Origin: Bigelowiella natans CCMP2755
Lineage: Eukaryota; Protista; Cercozoa
Assembly: GCA_000320545.1 (NCBI GenBank)
Contig: ADNK01003292.1
Span: forward strand, 1,781 to 65,780
Reading direction: 5' to 3'
Length of the DNA: 64,000 bases
The position numbers were made by a program, and so were the translations under genes. The notes beneath the pieces were generated by a model, which saw only the letters and a program-made list of their open reading frames with translations, was not told the origin of the DNA and made no database searches. How positions within the stretch are numbered: position 1 is the stretch's first letter; the number at the start of each line of letters is the position of its first letter. Shown here piece after piece: positions 1-12,654 of this stretch.

Positions 1-95
1 GCTGGGATTCCATTGCTCCTGGTCGCATCCGAGATACAGAATGTGAGTTCTCGTGAGTGAGCGGTGGGGAGAGGGAAGGGAGGGGGGGTAGAGGC

Positions 96-127
<32 letters not shown>

Positions 128-325
128 TGCACTCTGGAAGATTTAATGCAATATTATCATTTCTCTTCTTCTCCTTTTTCTTGTCCGTCTTCTTCTCCTT
201 CTGCAAGCTGGTGTTTTTGAGTCTCTTTACCGACGATGATGATGATGATGATGATGATGATGCGAATTATCACTGTTTATGACCTTCTTCATCATCCGCC
301 CCCCTTTCTTAATGCATGAATAACC

Positions 326-358
<33 letters not shown>

Positions 359-970
359 CTGGCTCTTTGGTATTTCTCCTCCTCCTCCTCCCCCCCCCCC
401 CCCCCCCCCTCTCTCTAATCTTAAATCGTCGATATGACTGACACGATACAGCTCCTCTCCTGCTACTGATGATGATGATGATAAGGGCCATGTTTGATTC
501 TGATGACGAATATCAAATATGAGCTGCTTCTTCTTCTTCTTCTTCTTCTTCTTCTTCTTCTTCTTCTTTTGTAACATTATCCAAAGGCAAACATCAGTTT
601 TGTGTGGATTGTTGGTCTGGGTACTTGACGTCTAAGATTGGGGACGGGCAGGTAGAAGAACAAGTAGTAGTAGTAATAGTAGTAGTGGTAGTAATAGTAG
701 AAGGGGGAGGAGGAGTAGGAAGAAGTGGTGAGTAGTAGTGAGCAGCATCATTCTCTGATTATTACCCGAGTTGATTACTTGCACAACGTCAAGTAAGATG
801 CTGATGTTTGCCGGTGTTGTTGATCTTGTGGTTGATGATGATGATGATGATGATAGAGATGTAGAGGCCTGTTTTGTGTTCGTATCACCATGGTTTCATG
901 CGTTTAAGAATACCCAACTTCACGGGTGTTGCGTATCTTAGAATCGAGTGAATGATTCCGTATCATTCGA

Positions 971-1007
<37 letters not shown>

Positions 1008-1042
1008 GTGCGTGTGTGTGTGTGTGTGCTTTGCTGATCCTA

Positions 1043-1073
<31 letters not shown>

Positions 1074-2344
1074 TATTATCGACATCACGATCATCATCAG
1101 GTCGTATCCCTGAGATGTCCTGAGCCGTCCTGCAATCGAGAGGTGTGTGTGTGTGTGTGTGTGGAGGGGGTGATAGACTTTTTGGGTGAGGGGGGGGAAG
1201 GGGTAACTTACATCGATAGTATGAAAAAGCAGGATTGTATGTGTCTTAACTGCTTGCTATCGTCCTTCTTCCTTCCCCCCTCCTCCCCCCCCTTTTTATC
1301 TGTTGGGAACAGATAAAGGAGGATGAGGTCAAGAAGGTTGTGAATGAGGGGACCTTCGCAAAATACAAGTACTCGTTTCATTGGCGAACTACATGAGTGT
1401 GGTGTACATTGATTTTGCAATGGGGGATATATGAATGCTCCTCCTCCTCCTCCTCCTCCTCTTTCCTTCCTGTTTCCCCTCTCTCTTCCGTATCATCATC
1501 ATCCACATTGATGCATGGCATGAGTTCCATACCATAATCAACTGATCGATCGATCGACGCCTGCCATCATCGGGTGAATTATTAAGGAAATTCCAGAAGA
1601 ACGCAGCGATTGCAGTTGACAATGTAGTGTAGTATTTGTTGTTGTTGTTGTTGGTGGTGGTGTGGTGGTGCTGTCGTTGTAGTAGGCGATTCTGTGAGTG
1701 GTATGATGTAAAAGGACACAAAGATGATGATGGTGGTGGTGGTGGTGGTGGTGGTGATGGGGGTAATGATGGAGAGGAAGAAGAAGAAGAAAGAAAGAAA
1801 GAAAGAAAGAAAGAGAAAAAAGCAGGGGGTGAGAAAAGAAGCCAATGACTGTACAATGACTGCAGCATCGAGGTGCTTAGCGCTGCTGCTGCTGCTGCTG
1901 CTGCTGTTAATGCCATGGGACCACTCCTCCCATGTTGTTATTGTTGTTTTTGCTGCTGCTGCTGCTGTTGTTGTTGCTTCGATAGAACAAGCGATGGTGT
2001 CCAACCCGTGACTGTAACACCGTGCTTGAGAAACCTGCGGGTTGGGAGAGAAAGGTGGGTGATTGTCGCGCTAAGAGGCACTCCAATCGAACCCTGATGC
2101 GTAGTAGGACACCACATCCCCCAAATACGACTATCATTTACTAACTGGAACACCAGCGGATATATGTAGATTAAATAATACACGTCAGCTGCATGCAGCT
2201 TTGGAGCAATGTTTTATCATCGAGTTGTTGTCCCTCTTTTTCACCGCCCTCCCCTTCTCTCCCTCGGCCTTCCTCTCACTGCTGCTGCTGCTGCTTCTTC
2301 TTCTTTTATCTCCCTCCCTCCCCCCCCCCCCTTCTCTCTCACTC

Positions 2345-2375
<31 letters not shown>

Positions 2376-3129
2376 AGAAGGCGGGGATGTCTCTAGTGCT
2401 CTGTCTTTCTCGCTTACGACACTCATCGTTCCCCAGGTCACCTGCGAGAAATGCCATCGATCTTACTGCTGGAAGTGCAACGAGCGTTACCACAAGTACT
2501 ACTTATTCTCTCCCACTTACCAAACGATGATGCTTTTGTCTGCTGCTGCTTCTTCTGAGAGGTGGAGGGAGGAAAAAACATGCTAAAATATGTGTACGAT
2601 GAGTGAATTTGGAGAGCAATCGAGTAAACAGCGTTACAGTTGCATTTACAACAAAGATGACGACGATGATGATGATGATGATGATGATGATGACGACGAT
2701 GAGTGCGAGATCGGCAGCCTGTATGAACATGATGAATGCTGATAGGTCTTCTTCTTCTTCTTCTTCTTCTTCTTCTTGTTGGTGATGGTTTTTCCTCTTA
2801 GAGGAAGTTGTGAGAAGAAGGCAGCTAGTTCGAATGCTGCAGCTTTTGCGTATGTGGAAACACCACCATCATCATCATCATCACCATCATCATCACCACC
2901 ATCATCACCATCACCATCATCATCATCATCATTATCATCACCATCATCATCGTCATCATCATCATCATCGTCATATCTGTTTTGATAGAAAAAGAAGACG
3001 ATACCGCGTATATACAACATACTAGTACAATAACAGATGATGCATGACACAAAATATCAGGAAGAAGTGTGTTAAATGCTTATTGCTCCTTTTCATCGTC
3101 ATCATCAGCATTAGTATATTGATATGATT

Positions 3130-3170
<41 letters not shown>

Positions 3171-3258
3171 TAATCAGCATTTTTATATATTAATCAGCAT
3201 GTATAAGCTAATGAACACCGTGAAGCCCTGCCCAAAGTGCCGTTCTCCTATCGAACGG

Positions 3259-3301
<43 letters not shown>

Positions 3302-3554
3302 TTGATGTAAATAATATTGCAGTTTATTTAATATTATGAAAGATCATCGTCGCCCAGGTGCCTCCTTCTCCTCCTCTCCACCTTCTTCCTAGTCTTAATT
3401 ACATTTATGTTGTGTTTACTAATGTTACTATCGTTGTTGTCATTATTGTTATTTATGATATCATGCTCTTTGCAGGTCCTCTGGGTGTAACCATATGACA
3501 TGTGGAGTGTGTCGTTACGAGTTCTGCTGGATGTGGTAGTAGTAGCAGCAGTAG

Positions 3555-3588
<34 letters not shown>

Positions 3589-3977
3589 ATGAGTGATGGG
3601 GGGCGGGGAGAAGAAACACGGGAGAAGAAACACGGGAGAAAGAAGAAGAAGAAGATAATGATGATGATGATGTTTTTTTATCTTTCTGTTACTACATTGC
3701 ATATCACTATCATCGATCATCAATCATAATAATCATCAGCATCAGCATCATCATCATTTTCCTCTCACATCAGCGGAGGAAAGTACGACTCCGATCATTT
3801 CGAGTGGTACAACATCTTTGGCTGTCCAGGAGGCCAGGATGGTGGGCTGGCATGCCTTGGTGATGATACATGCTGCGGTACTATTAGTAGTAGTAGTGGT
3901 AGTAGTAGTAGTAGTAGTAGTAGTTGTAGTGCCGTCGAGTCTCTTTCTTATATTTCCATCATTATCATCAGCATCAT

Positions 3978-4008
<31 letters not shown>

Positions 4009-4315
4009 AGCAGCAGTATAATCAGCGGCATAAACAATGACAGGTGTTAACTGTGGGTGCTGCTCAATCGATTGTGGGTGTGAATGCATTGGGTATTATT
4101 TATTTATTTATTTATCTATTATTGGGACTACTACTGCTGCTACCTGCTGTTACGTCATTAATACAGTGTTCGCGCTATCGTTATCCCTCCCCCCCCCCCC
4201 CCCCCCCCCCCCAACACACGCACATAGAAGAGAGAGAGGGGGGGGGAGGGGGGTTGCTGGCTGGTGTATTAAAATATACATAGTGAAGAGGGAATAGAGA
4301 GAAGAGTTGACGACT

Positions 4316-4369
<54 letters not shown>

Positions 4370-4595
4370 TGTGTGGTTTTATGATGTTATTTTCCATCCT
4401 CCTCCTTCTTCGCCGTCACCACTACTACTAAGACTACTACCATCACCACCATCAATCATTACCTTTTTGCCCTCTCTGTGTACTCTGATTGCTGCTGCTG
4501 CTGCTGCTAGTTATCATCATATCAACCCAGTTGGCATTGCAAAACGTTCTCTTGTGCGGATCGGAGTAAGAGAAACACTATTGATAGGGAACAGT

Positions 4596-4639
<44 letters not shown>

Positions 4640-5098
4640 GAGAAAGGAGTTACAAAAGAGTACAGATATGCTGTCCTTGTTTATTTCAATTGCACAGGCT
4701 ATCGTATTTATTGCATAGCACAGTGATATCACAAATTACCACAGACTTCTCACTTGCTGGTCATCATATTCGTCTGCTGATCTACTTAACGTGTGGTGAC
4801 TTTCTTTGCAAATACTTCTTAGGCCTTAACCGGGGCCCTCGCGTGCTGCCCCTTCATATGCTGCGGACTAGCCTTATCTGTGAGATACGTTTCCTTCATT
4901 TGTTGTTGTTGTTGTTGTTATTGTTGTTGTTGTTGTTATTGTTGTTGTTGTTACTGTTGTTGTTACTGTTGCTCTTGCTGTTGTTGTTGTTGTCGTTGTC
5001 GTTGTTGTTGTTCCATCGCTTCGCTTTGTTTGACAGATGATCCATTTTATGATTTCCATCGTATCGTAAATCTGCATGTGAATTGGGGAATACATTAG
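1..5098 (+). CDS. RBR (RING-IBR-RING) E3 ubiquitin ligase, multi-exon, 5'-partial; 3' end uncertain
   Basis: Short exons between microsatellite introns spell RING1 (CKHQFCVDCWSGYL 588-650; LRCPEPSC 1101-1142), IBR (NKRWCPTRDC ~1987-2039; TCEKCHRSYCWKCNERYH 2437-2495) and RING2 (KPCPKCRSPIER ~3199-3257; GCNHMTCGVCRYEFCWM 3476-3534), followed by HFEWYNIFGCP (~3774-3841). Confidence 0.85.
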
Positions 5099-5265
5099 GG
5101 TTATTTTTGTCAGGCTTGTGATATCAACCTGTGAGTGAGGTGAAAGAGGTGTTTATTGATTATTTTCGCAGGCATGTGAGGTGGACTTGGGCCTTGAATA
5201 CTGTCTCAGCCTCTGCTGTGATGATGATTGAGAGAAGGGGGATCGGAGTTATGAATACATTTGTG

Positions 5266-5333
5266 GAGACGGATGTAATGAATAAATTTAATTTTTAATG
5301 GTCACCCTAATATAGCTAAGCAATGCTGCGGCT
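5266..5333 (+). repeat. Dispersed ~65-80 bp repeat GAGACGGATGTAATGAA...ATGGTCATCCTAA...GCAGCGGCT, copy A (truncated copy B at 5442-5473)
   Basis: Direct sequence similarity to copies at 5490, 33483 and 37772 (+), and 6791-6847 and 33647-33695 (-). Confidence 0.85.
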
Positions 5334-5364
5334 TAAGTGTAAATATGATGACACACACACACAC

Positions 5365-5401
<37 letters not shown>

Positions 5402-5403
5402 AA

Positions 5404-5435
<32 letters not shown>

Positions 5436-5489
5436 ACACATGAGACGGATGTAATGAAATGTTCAAATTTTTTGTGTGTGTACATATAT

Positions 5490-5593
5490 GAGACGGATGT
5501 AATGAAATGTTTAAATTTTTTCATGGTCATCCTAAGTAGCTGTGCAAAGCAGCGGCTACAAATATGTACATATGTATACATGTGTATGCATGT

Positions 5594-5635
<42 letters not shown>

Positions 5636-6847
5636 AATGATTGACGGATAGCGCACATGTACTAGATCATGTAGCAGGCCTAGAAGTAGACAAGGAAGCT
5701 AATCAGAATTGCCTTTTTTTGCAATGAGATCTAATGCAAATGTCACAGCTAGACAAAGAACAATGTTTTTTTGACAAAGCAGCATTGCGGGAATGTGTTT
5801 CTAGCTAGCTAGATGTACATTCATTCTCACCATGCATCGTCAACATGCACTACTATTTGAGACACGCACATTAGACTACGTACTAGACTAGCAGTGCACA
5901 ATGCAATCGGCTGTGATGATTGGTTTCTACGATGACTCAGCGTCACCTTGCGCATTTTCACTTCGGCAATGCTAACAACAATGCTAGCAATGCTAGAATG
6001 CATCGTAAGCTAAGGCGCAAATTGTTGTGCGCTGGTGTTGTCCGTTGTCGTTCGATTCTAGCATTGCATGCGCGCATGCCATTCTAGCTAGCATTGATGA
6101 TTGCTAATGCGTTGCACGCGTACTAGAGTAGCTGCTGCTGTCATTTCTAGGCTTTGTGTGTCTTGACGACGAATAAAGCTTCAAGTTCATCGCAGCATAA
6201 TTTGCTTCGCTAGAGGACAGCAGCAAAGTGTGTGGCTGCGCTACTAGACTAGCGACACTGCTAGACTGTTTAGCTGTCTAGACTGTCTAGCTAGCTAGCT
6301 GTGTGGCCATTGGAAATGCAAGCACACGCATTGCTAGATTGCCTAGTCTAGCACGTAGTGTTGCCACATCATGCTAGTATGGGTGTTGGCAACATTGGTA
6401 GCTTCAAACTCTCAAGAGGACTGTGCATGCATGCACTGCAGCTGAAGCACACCGCGCAATCCGCAACATGCACAATCGGATAAGACGTAGACCACTTGTT
6501 GTAATGTCCACTTCATGTCACACATCAACTTCGCTTGAGCAATCAGCTCACTACCATAGTTCACCATAGCTAGCATGGTGACACGCGACGACGAAACAAA
6601 AAGACTGACATCTGAGGAAAAGGAAACACGAACGCTGCTGCGCGCAATGCTATGCTATAGAATGCGCGAGCGATCAAGACCGAAACAGCATGCATTCAAT
6701 TGCATAGAACACATCATAGCTAAGACCAACAGATTCAACATTAGCGAGCGCTGTAGCCGCTGCTCTGCAGAGCTAGCTAGCTAGCTAGTAAGCTATTACA
6801 TAAGGATGACCATTGAACAAATTTAATTGATCAATTACATTCGTCTC
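5490..6847. mobile_element. Putative non-autonomous TIR element (~1.36 kb) bounded by inverted copies of the GAGACGGATGTAATG repeat
   Basis: 5490 reads GAGACGGATGTAATGAAATGTTTAAATTTTTTCATGGTCATCC. The reverse complement from 6847 reads GAGACGAATGTAATTGATCAATTAAATTTGTTCAATGGTCATCC. No transposase or clear TSD seen. Confidence 0.5.
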
Positions 6848-7140
6848 ACGTGATGCGGAGCGATGCATGGTAGCATGCAACACAGCATCGGCTGCTAGAG
6901 CATGCTACGTAAATGAGAACATGAACCCTGCTTCTTGCAATGTGTTCGTAACGCAACGTGCTATAGCATGGCTAGATGGCATGTGCATTTGCATAGTTGC
7001 TGGTGTAGACAGACGTCACAGTAGCAATGATGACATGCAAGCAAACGCCGCTGTGAGACAGATGCAATGAAATGCATTTTTTTTATTTCAACGGTCATGT
7101 ATGACATGCCAGACTTGCTAGATTTGCAATGTATCATCAT
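5640..7140. other. TpA-depleted, TG/CA-rich intergenic patch with surviving CTAG arrays
   Basis: Remaining TA mostly in CTA/TAG/CTAG context (CTAGCTAG runs at ~5801, ~6287, ~6773); abundant TGCA/CATG/GCAC. Confidence 0.75.
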
Positions 7141-8895
7141 TCATCGGAAATCAGGGTCATTGAAGAGATCATCGAACTCACTAGCCTCTTTTCCATTGCT
7201 CACCAATTCCCTCAATTCTGGGTATGGATCATTTAGATTCTCCTCAGGGTTACCTGCCGCCTCGAGCTCTTCGCTAAATTCACTTAGGTGTATTTTGTCT
7301 GACCAGTAGTACGCTTGATTAGCAGTTGCCTGTTCGTATGAGTCCTTCACCAACGTCTCCCAGTAAGGCCATGAGCTCTCATTTCCCGCGAGAGCTGCAG
7401 GCAGCCATTCCGGGCCTAACGCATCGTAGTCTTCCTGCGACAGGTCACCATCGTCTGCTGCTACATTCTCACCGCTCCGAATCGCATATCCAGGGGGTAT
7501 TTCGCCAAGATCGAGCTCGTCAAGTTCTGCCCCCCCCAATTCGCGTAGATACACTTGCTGAAGGTTTGATATGAGAGTGTTCGAAAGGTAGTAGAGGGCC
7601 AATCCTGATGGCACAGCGAGAGAAAAGTAACCTATCACTAATGGCAAGACGTAGGTCAGAGCTTTGACTGCGATTGGAGTTTCTTCCTCATCCTTCTTCT
7701 TCTTGTCCTCTTCGCCCTCCTCCCCATCATTCTCACCGCTAGTGACGATACCATCATCATCATCACCATCCCCAAACTCCATCTCCTTCTTCGCCTTTTC
7801 AGAAATAGACGCCAGTATCTGTGAGGAGAGGATTTGCGCAACCACCAAAGAGGCGGGCAGGACGAGGTAGCGAATAGCCTTGTCCCATCCAATGGGAGGT
7901 TCTCCATCAATTAACGGATAGAGCCATTTTAAGCCTACACCTGCCTGCCTATCAGCAAAGCTAACAGGGCCAGCGAGGGTGGGAATCCAGAAGAACCCCT
8001 GATCATCCAGCAGCCCTTCCCCTGCGACATTGCGTAGCGAGTAGAAAAGACCAAGAAAAATAGGAATCGTCGCGAGGGTGGGGAATAAGCTTGCAGTTGG
8101 ATTGACGTCGTATTCTTCGTAAAGCACCTGCTTCTCCCTCTCGACAATGTCGGGGTTGCGCTTGTACCTCTCCTTGATTTTGTCCAAGCTGGGCTTGAGC
8201 CGCTGCATTTTCAGCTGGGACTCAACTTGCAGCTTGGTGAGAGGGAACGTGAGGGTTTTGACGAAGAGGGTGAGCACGACAATACTCCATCCGTATGAGT
8301 ATGGAACACCTGCCAGGTCGAGCTGTCTTTGGGATAGCGCAAGTACTTTTTCAAGAAAGTCCGTCCACGGTTTCAACCATCCAGGGCTTGCTGTTGTTGC
8401 TGCCGCTGCCGCGGCTGCTGCTGCGTCAGCGGAGCTATCAGCTGCATCAGAAACTATATGAAGCAAACCTACGTCTTCATGAGCGGTGGTTAATGGGGTA
8501 ATGGAGCTCGAAAGTATTGTGTTGATGATCTCCGCTGGGGTCTGGTAATGTAGAAGATGATCCAGCTGTGGAAGGAAGGGTGTTATGGTGTCGGATGGAT
8601 CTAATGCTTCGCGTTTCAAAACGGGCAACCTCCTTGAATTTCGAAATCTAAAGCTGCTCCTCATCGTGGGGATAGATGAGCGCGTAGCCACCCCTCCTCT
8701 TTTGTCGATTTGAAAACTTCTTCCTATTGCCCCAGCGGGTGAGATGAGATCGCTACACGTCCAGGAAATAACAATCATAGAAACTATGGCCATGGGTAAG
8801 ATTAGTTCTGGCACCCACGCGCGATTGATGGCCTTCCTGCAGCCCCTGTTATTATTTCTTCGTAGGTCGGGAAGTGGGGTACTACCATCAACCAT
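7141..8895 (-). CDS. ALB3: ALB3 (YidC/Oxa1/Alb3 family) thylakoid membrane insertase with bipartite-type N-terminal leader, intronless
   Basis: Motifs VPYSYGWSIVVLTLFVKTLTFPLTKLQVES, PTLATIPIFLGLFYSLRNVA-EGLL..GFFWIPTLAGP and LVIGYFSLAVPSGLALYY are typical of plant/algal ALB3. First ATG is at 8895; the ORF track starts at an upstream TTG. Confidence 0.95.
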   Translation of the reverse strand: MVDGSTPLPDLRRNNNRGCRKAINRAWVPELILPMAIVSMIVISWTCSDLISPAGAIGRSFQIDKRGGVATRSSIPTMRSSFRFRNSRRLPVLKREALDPSDTITPFLPQLDHLLHYQTPAEIINTILSSSITPLTTAHEDVGLLHIVSDAADSSADAAAAAAAAATTASPGWLKPWTDFLEKVLALSQRQLDLAGVPYSYGWSIVVLTLFVKTLTFPLTKLQVESQLKMQRLKPSLDKIKERYKRNPDIVEREKQVLYEEYDVNPTASLFPTLATIPIFLGLFYSLRNVAGEGLLDDQGFFWIPTLAGPVSFADRQAGVGLKWLYPLIDGEPPIGWDKAIRYLVLPASLVVAQILSSQILASISEKAKKEMEFGDGDDDDGIVTSGENDGEEGEEDKKKKDEEETPIAVKALTYVLPLVIGYFSLAVPSGLALYYLSNTLISNLQQVYLRELGGAELDELDLGEIPPGYAIRSGENVAADDGDLSQEDYDALGPEWLPAALAGNESSWPYWETLVKDSYEQATANQAYYWSDKIHLSEFSEELEAAGNPEENLNDPYPELRELVSNGKEASEFDDLFNDPDFR

Positions 8896-9281
8896 GCTTG
8901 AAACCCTCAACTCAGATCAACTTCACTGTTCTTCAGCCTCCCAGCCGCTCGGCAATCGCTGCAGATTCTAATGAGAAATCTAATCTTATCTCTTAATTTT
9001 AATCGCAGGATCCCCGCTCGAGAGGGGGGGTGGAGGCGCTGCGCTTGATTTCCTCGTTTTATTCACTGCGTCAAGGAAATGGTTGTCGCAGACACAAAAG
9101 GGGTTTACAAACGATAGGATTGACATCCGGTTATTATTGTCGAAATATATTATATTTTCTCCTCGCGACAAGGAGGATATCGAAATTTCAAAAATTAATA
9201 AAGTGCTTATTTTAGTTGTCGCAACTGTATATTCTCTTACATTTAATTGATATCTTGGCCAACATATCCAAACCACCGGCG

Positions 9282-10315
9282 ATGAGGTCCGTCGTAGGCT
9301 GCAACAGCGATTCTGCAGCCCTCTCATTGATACACAGAATGACTTTTGTGAAGCAGCAAAGACACCATTGTTTGATTTGTTGTATATAGGCCCACTGTCT
9401 TGAACGTGGCATTCGCCTTGTTTATGGCTAAAGTTCCCTGGGTAGACGGATTGGCCGATGACGACATTCATATCGTCTTTAGCACCGATTGCTCGGGCTA
9501 TCAAAACTGGCAGGTCGGCATGAGAGATATCGAGGACTTTCGTTTCCACCCATCATCAGCATACCCTCTGTATTGGGGAGGGGTTTTGCATTGTTATCGT
9601 AGAGAGACTGGCATGCAACATGGATCAACATCGCCTTTTCACACGTGCGAAACCCATACAAACGCAGACAAAAAAGCAACACTTACATCCAGACATCCAG
9701 ACAACACACTCTCATGATAGCTAGAAAAGCTTGAATCGGCGGCTCTTTCTGAGCTTATCCGCCACCCATATATTAGGCTGAGGCTCTGGCTTACTCCGCC
9801 CTGATGGTAGGCCAACAAGGCCACATCACGCGAATCGTATCTAATTGTCCAGACGATGCCGACTTTGCTATGATGAGACGCTCATCGTATCCGAACTACC
9901 ATGTTCACATTACGCCAAAGTTTAGCCTTGATGAGGGACGCGAGTAAGAGCCACCACACACACCAACGGGGCGCTTAAATAGGCATGGGCATATGATGCA
10001 TTCGACGAACACAGCAACGTCAAGCACAATATGAAGAGTCGTGAATACTGCCAACTCACTCTAACCCAAGGATAATGGTGTAAAATCCTTATGCAGGTAT
10101 TTTCCGTACTACAACAAGCCTCTGGGCGTCGACCATTGGATCAAGAACGCCGTTCCTGCTGTATCACAGAGCGTGGTTGTGCTGCTTGATCCAGATATGG
10201 TTTTTGTGCAGCCTATTCGTCCTGATGGCGTTAAAAACAAGGACTACATCCTCTACACCGGCCATAGAAGTTAGTAGTCGTAGTCGTAGTAGCAGTAGTA
10301 GCAGCAGTAGTAGTT

Positions 10316-10347
<32 letters not shown>

Positions 10348-10965
10348 GGTGGTACTAGTAGCAGTAGTAGTTATTTAATACACAATTTCTAACAAAAATA
10401 TTCTAAAGTTCCTCTTTCCATAGCTGTATTCGTAGCTATAACATACCTGTTTGATGGCCTATCTCCCCCCCCCCCCCTATCCCATACGTCAGAAAAGTCA
10501 GAGGTGAGCGACGCGGTGCGGGAGGGGCATCCAGTTGGACAGCAATACTTGATTGGATCGGGGTGGGTAAACTTCAAACGCGACCTTATCTGTGGGCCTG
10601 GATCTCCATGTACTACGGTAAGTAAGTTAGTAAGTAAGTAAGAGATCGTGCCGCCGCCACCAGCAGCAGCAGCAGCAGCTTAGAAGATAATCATCCAACA
10701 ACCCGCGAAAAATCATATGTATTCCGAGCGCATACCGATTGGGGGCTAGTTCTGCGACATCAGCGCCGCCTCCTCTCGAGGCTGTGTGTAGGCGTTTCGA
10801 GATTTCAGCATTGTTACTTTTTTACGCTTGTCGATGCTGTTTTTTGATGAAATGGGGAGAAATTGTTGGAGAAAGGGCAGGCGCTGGGATTGGTAGTTGA
10901 CGCCGACGGTTACTTTTGACGAGGACTATGATGAACGTCACTGTGTTATTCTAATTTTATATATT

Positions 10966-11035
<70 letters not shown>

Positions 11036-12587
11036 CAGGTAAGTCATGATACAGCAAATGAACATTATGCCCTTGGTCCTCCTTATCTTCTACACCGTGA
11101 GGACGCCAAGAAGGTCCCCCCCCCCCCCCCCCCCTCTCTCTCGTGTGTCTACTGCCTCTCTTCATCTCACAACCATGCTAATAATTATGGGGTATGAATA
11201 GTTGTAGTTTGCGCAAGTACCTAATATGTTCAATCATTGGATGTGTTGGTGTTGCTGACTGCAATGTTTTCAATTTCCTGCTCGATAAGGTGTTTGATGC
11301 TTGGGCAAAGTTCGTAATTAAGGTGCCATTAGCGTTATGAGTAGTATTAGTAGCAGCAGCAGAAGTAGTAGTAGTAGTAGTCGTCATCGTCGTCATCGTC
11401 GGAGTAGTAGCGCGGTATTAATAGCGGGGAAATGAATGTATTAGGCATTTGTCCTCTGATGAATAAGAAACAACGACGGCAACAACAACGCCCAGAAGAA
11501 GCAAAATCCAACGCTCCGTTGTGCTGTATAATGCATATATACAATAGGTGAGGGAGGTCCAAGGGCGGTCAGTTGCTGATATGCTCTCGGAGATGTTTGC
11601 GTAATTCCCCCCCCCCCCCCCCCACCCTCTACTACTACGAGCACATCTAGACTTCGTTCATGCACACATGACTTCGATATATACAGACATTGGAGGTGGG
11701 GAGGGGGGGGGAGGGAAGAAAGAGAGAAAGGGGGGAGAGGGGGAGAATGCTCTTTCTCATTGCCTAACAATAATGTTGTTGTCAGGTATTGCTTAGGAGC
11801 CGCACATCATGAGCTACCGCATGATAGATTAGACCATTTCATGGTGTCGAATCATCGGGTAAGTGCCATTCCGCACATCAATACTTACCGCTCCTGTGCT
11901 GCGATATTGCCCTCCCAATCATCATTTGTTACCGTGCCGGAGATGCGCCCCTCCTCCGCAGCTTCCACACGACTCACGATGAGATCCAAAAATAGGCTGA
12001 TGGAGAGGCGTGGGAGTTCATCGATAAACTTGAAGAGTATTCTAACTTCAACCCTTGCATGGGGCCTCAGGTATTACTCTCATCATCATCATCATCATCA
12101 TCATTATTATTATTATTAGTAGTAGTAGTAGTAATACGTTTCTCTCCTCTTCCGCAAGGAGGAGGCGGAGACGGGGGAGATGTGTGTTTGCCGTTTTGAG
12201 CTGTAGCGATAGGAAGAGAGAATTCGTTTCAATATTCTTAGCCTGAAACACAATACTATCTGCATATCTATTTATCTTAACGATGAAGCTATATGAAGTT
12301 GTCTTCTTCGTCTCAATTAACAATGTCTGAAGGTGCCACCACCTGATGCCGCACTACCGCTGCTCGTCCACTACCCGGGAGAGGTCATTCCTTACATCGA
12401 TCCAGGAATGGGGGGTTGGAAGTTCCACAAGAAGCACATGCCCCAGAATATCTACGATTGTAAAGCGAAGATCCCAGGCTGGACAAGTGACGACGGTTTG
12501 AAGCAAACAACGATGACTGATTACACCACATCGCTGCTACACGCTGGGAATTTTCCCCCCTTTTTTTTTTAGTGAAGTCTCATTCTG

Positions 12588-12654
<67 letters not shown>

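Noticed and set aside
227-5656. Many short homopolymeric ORFs (poly-H, -C, -M, -YI)
   Set aside because: They are translations of intronic microsatellites.
8986-9549. 187-aa minus-strand ORF
   Set aside because: It overlaps the divergent promoter and the antisense of the glycosyltransferase exons; GTG start and no motif.
12470-12490. GC-AG intron in the glycosyltransferase gene
   Set aside because: A nearby GT donor in the same phase fits equally well; it cannot be decided without transcripts.
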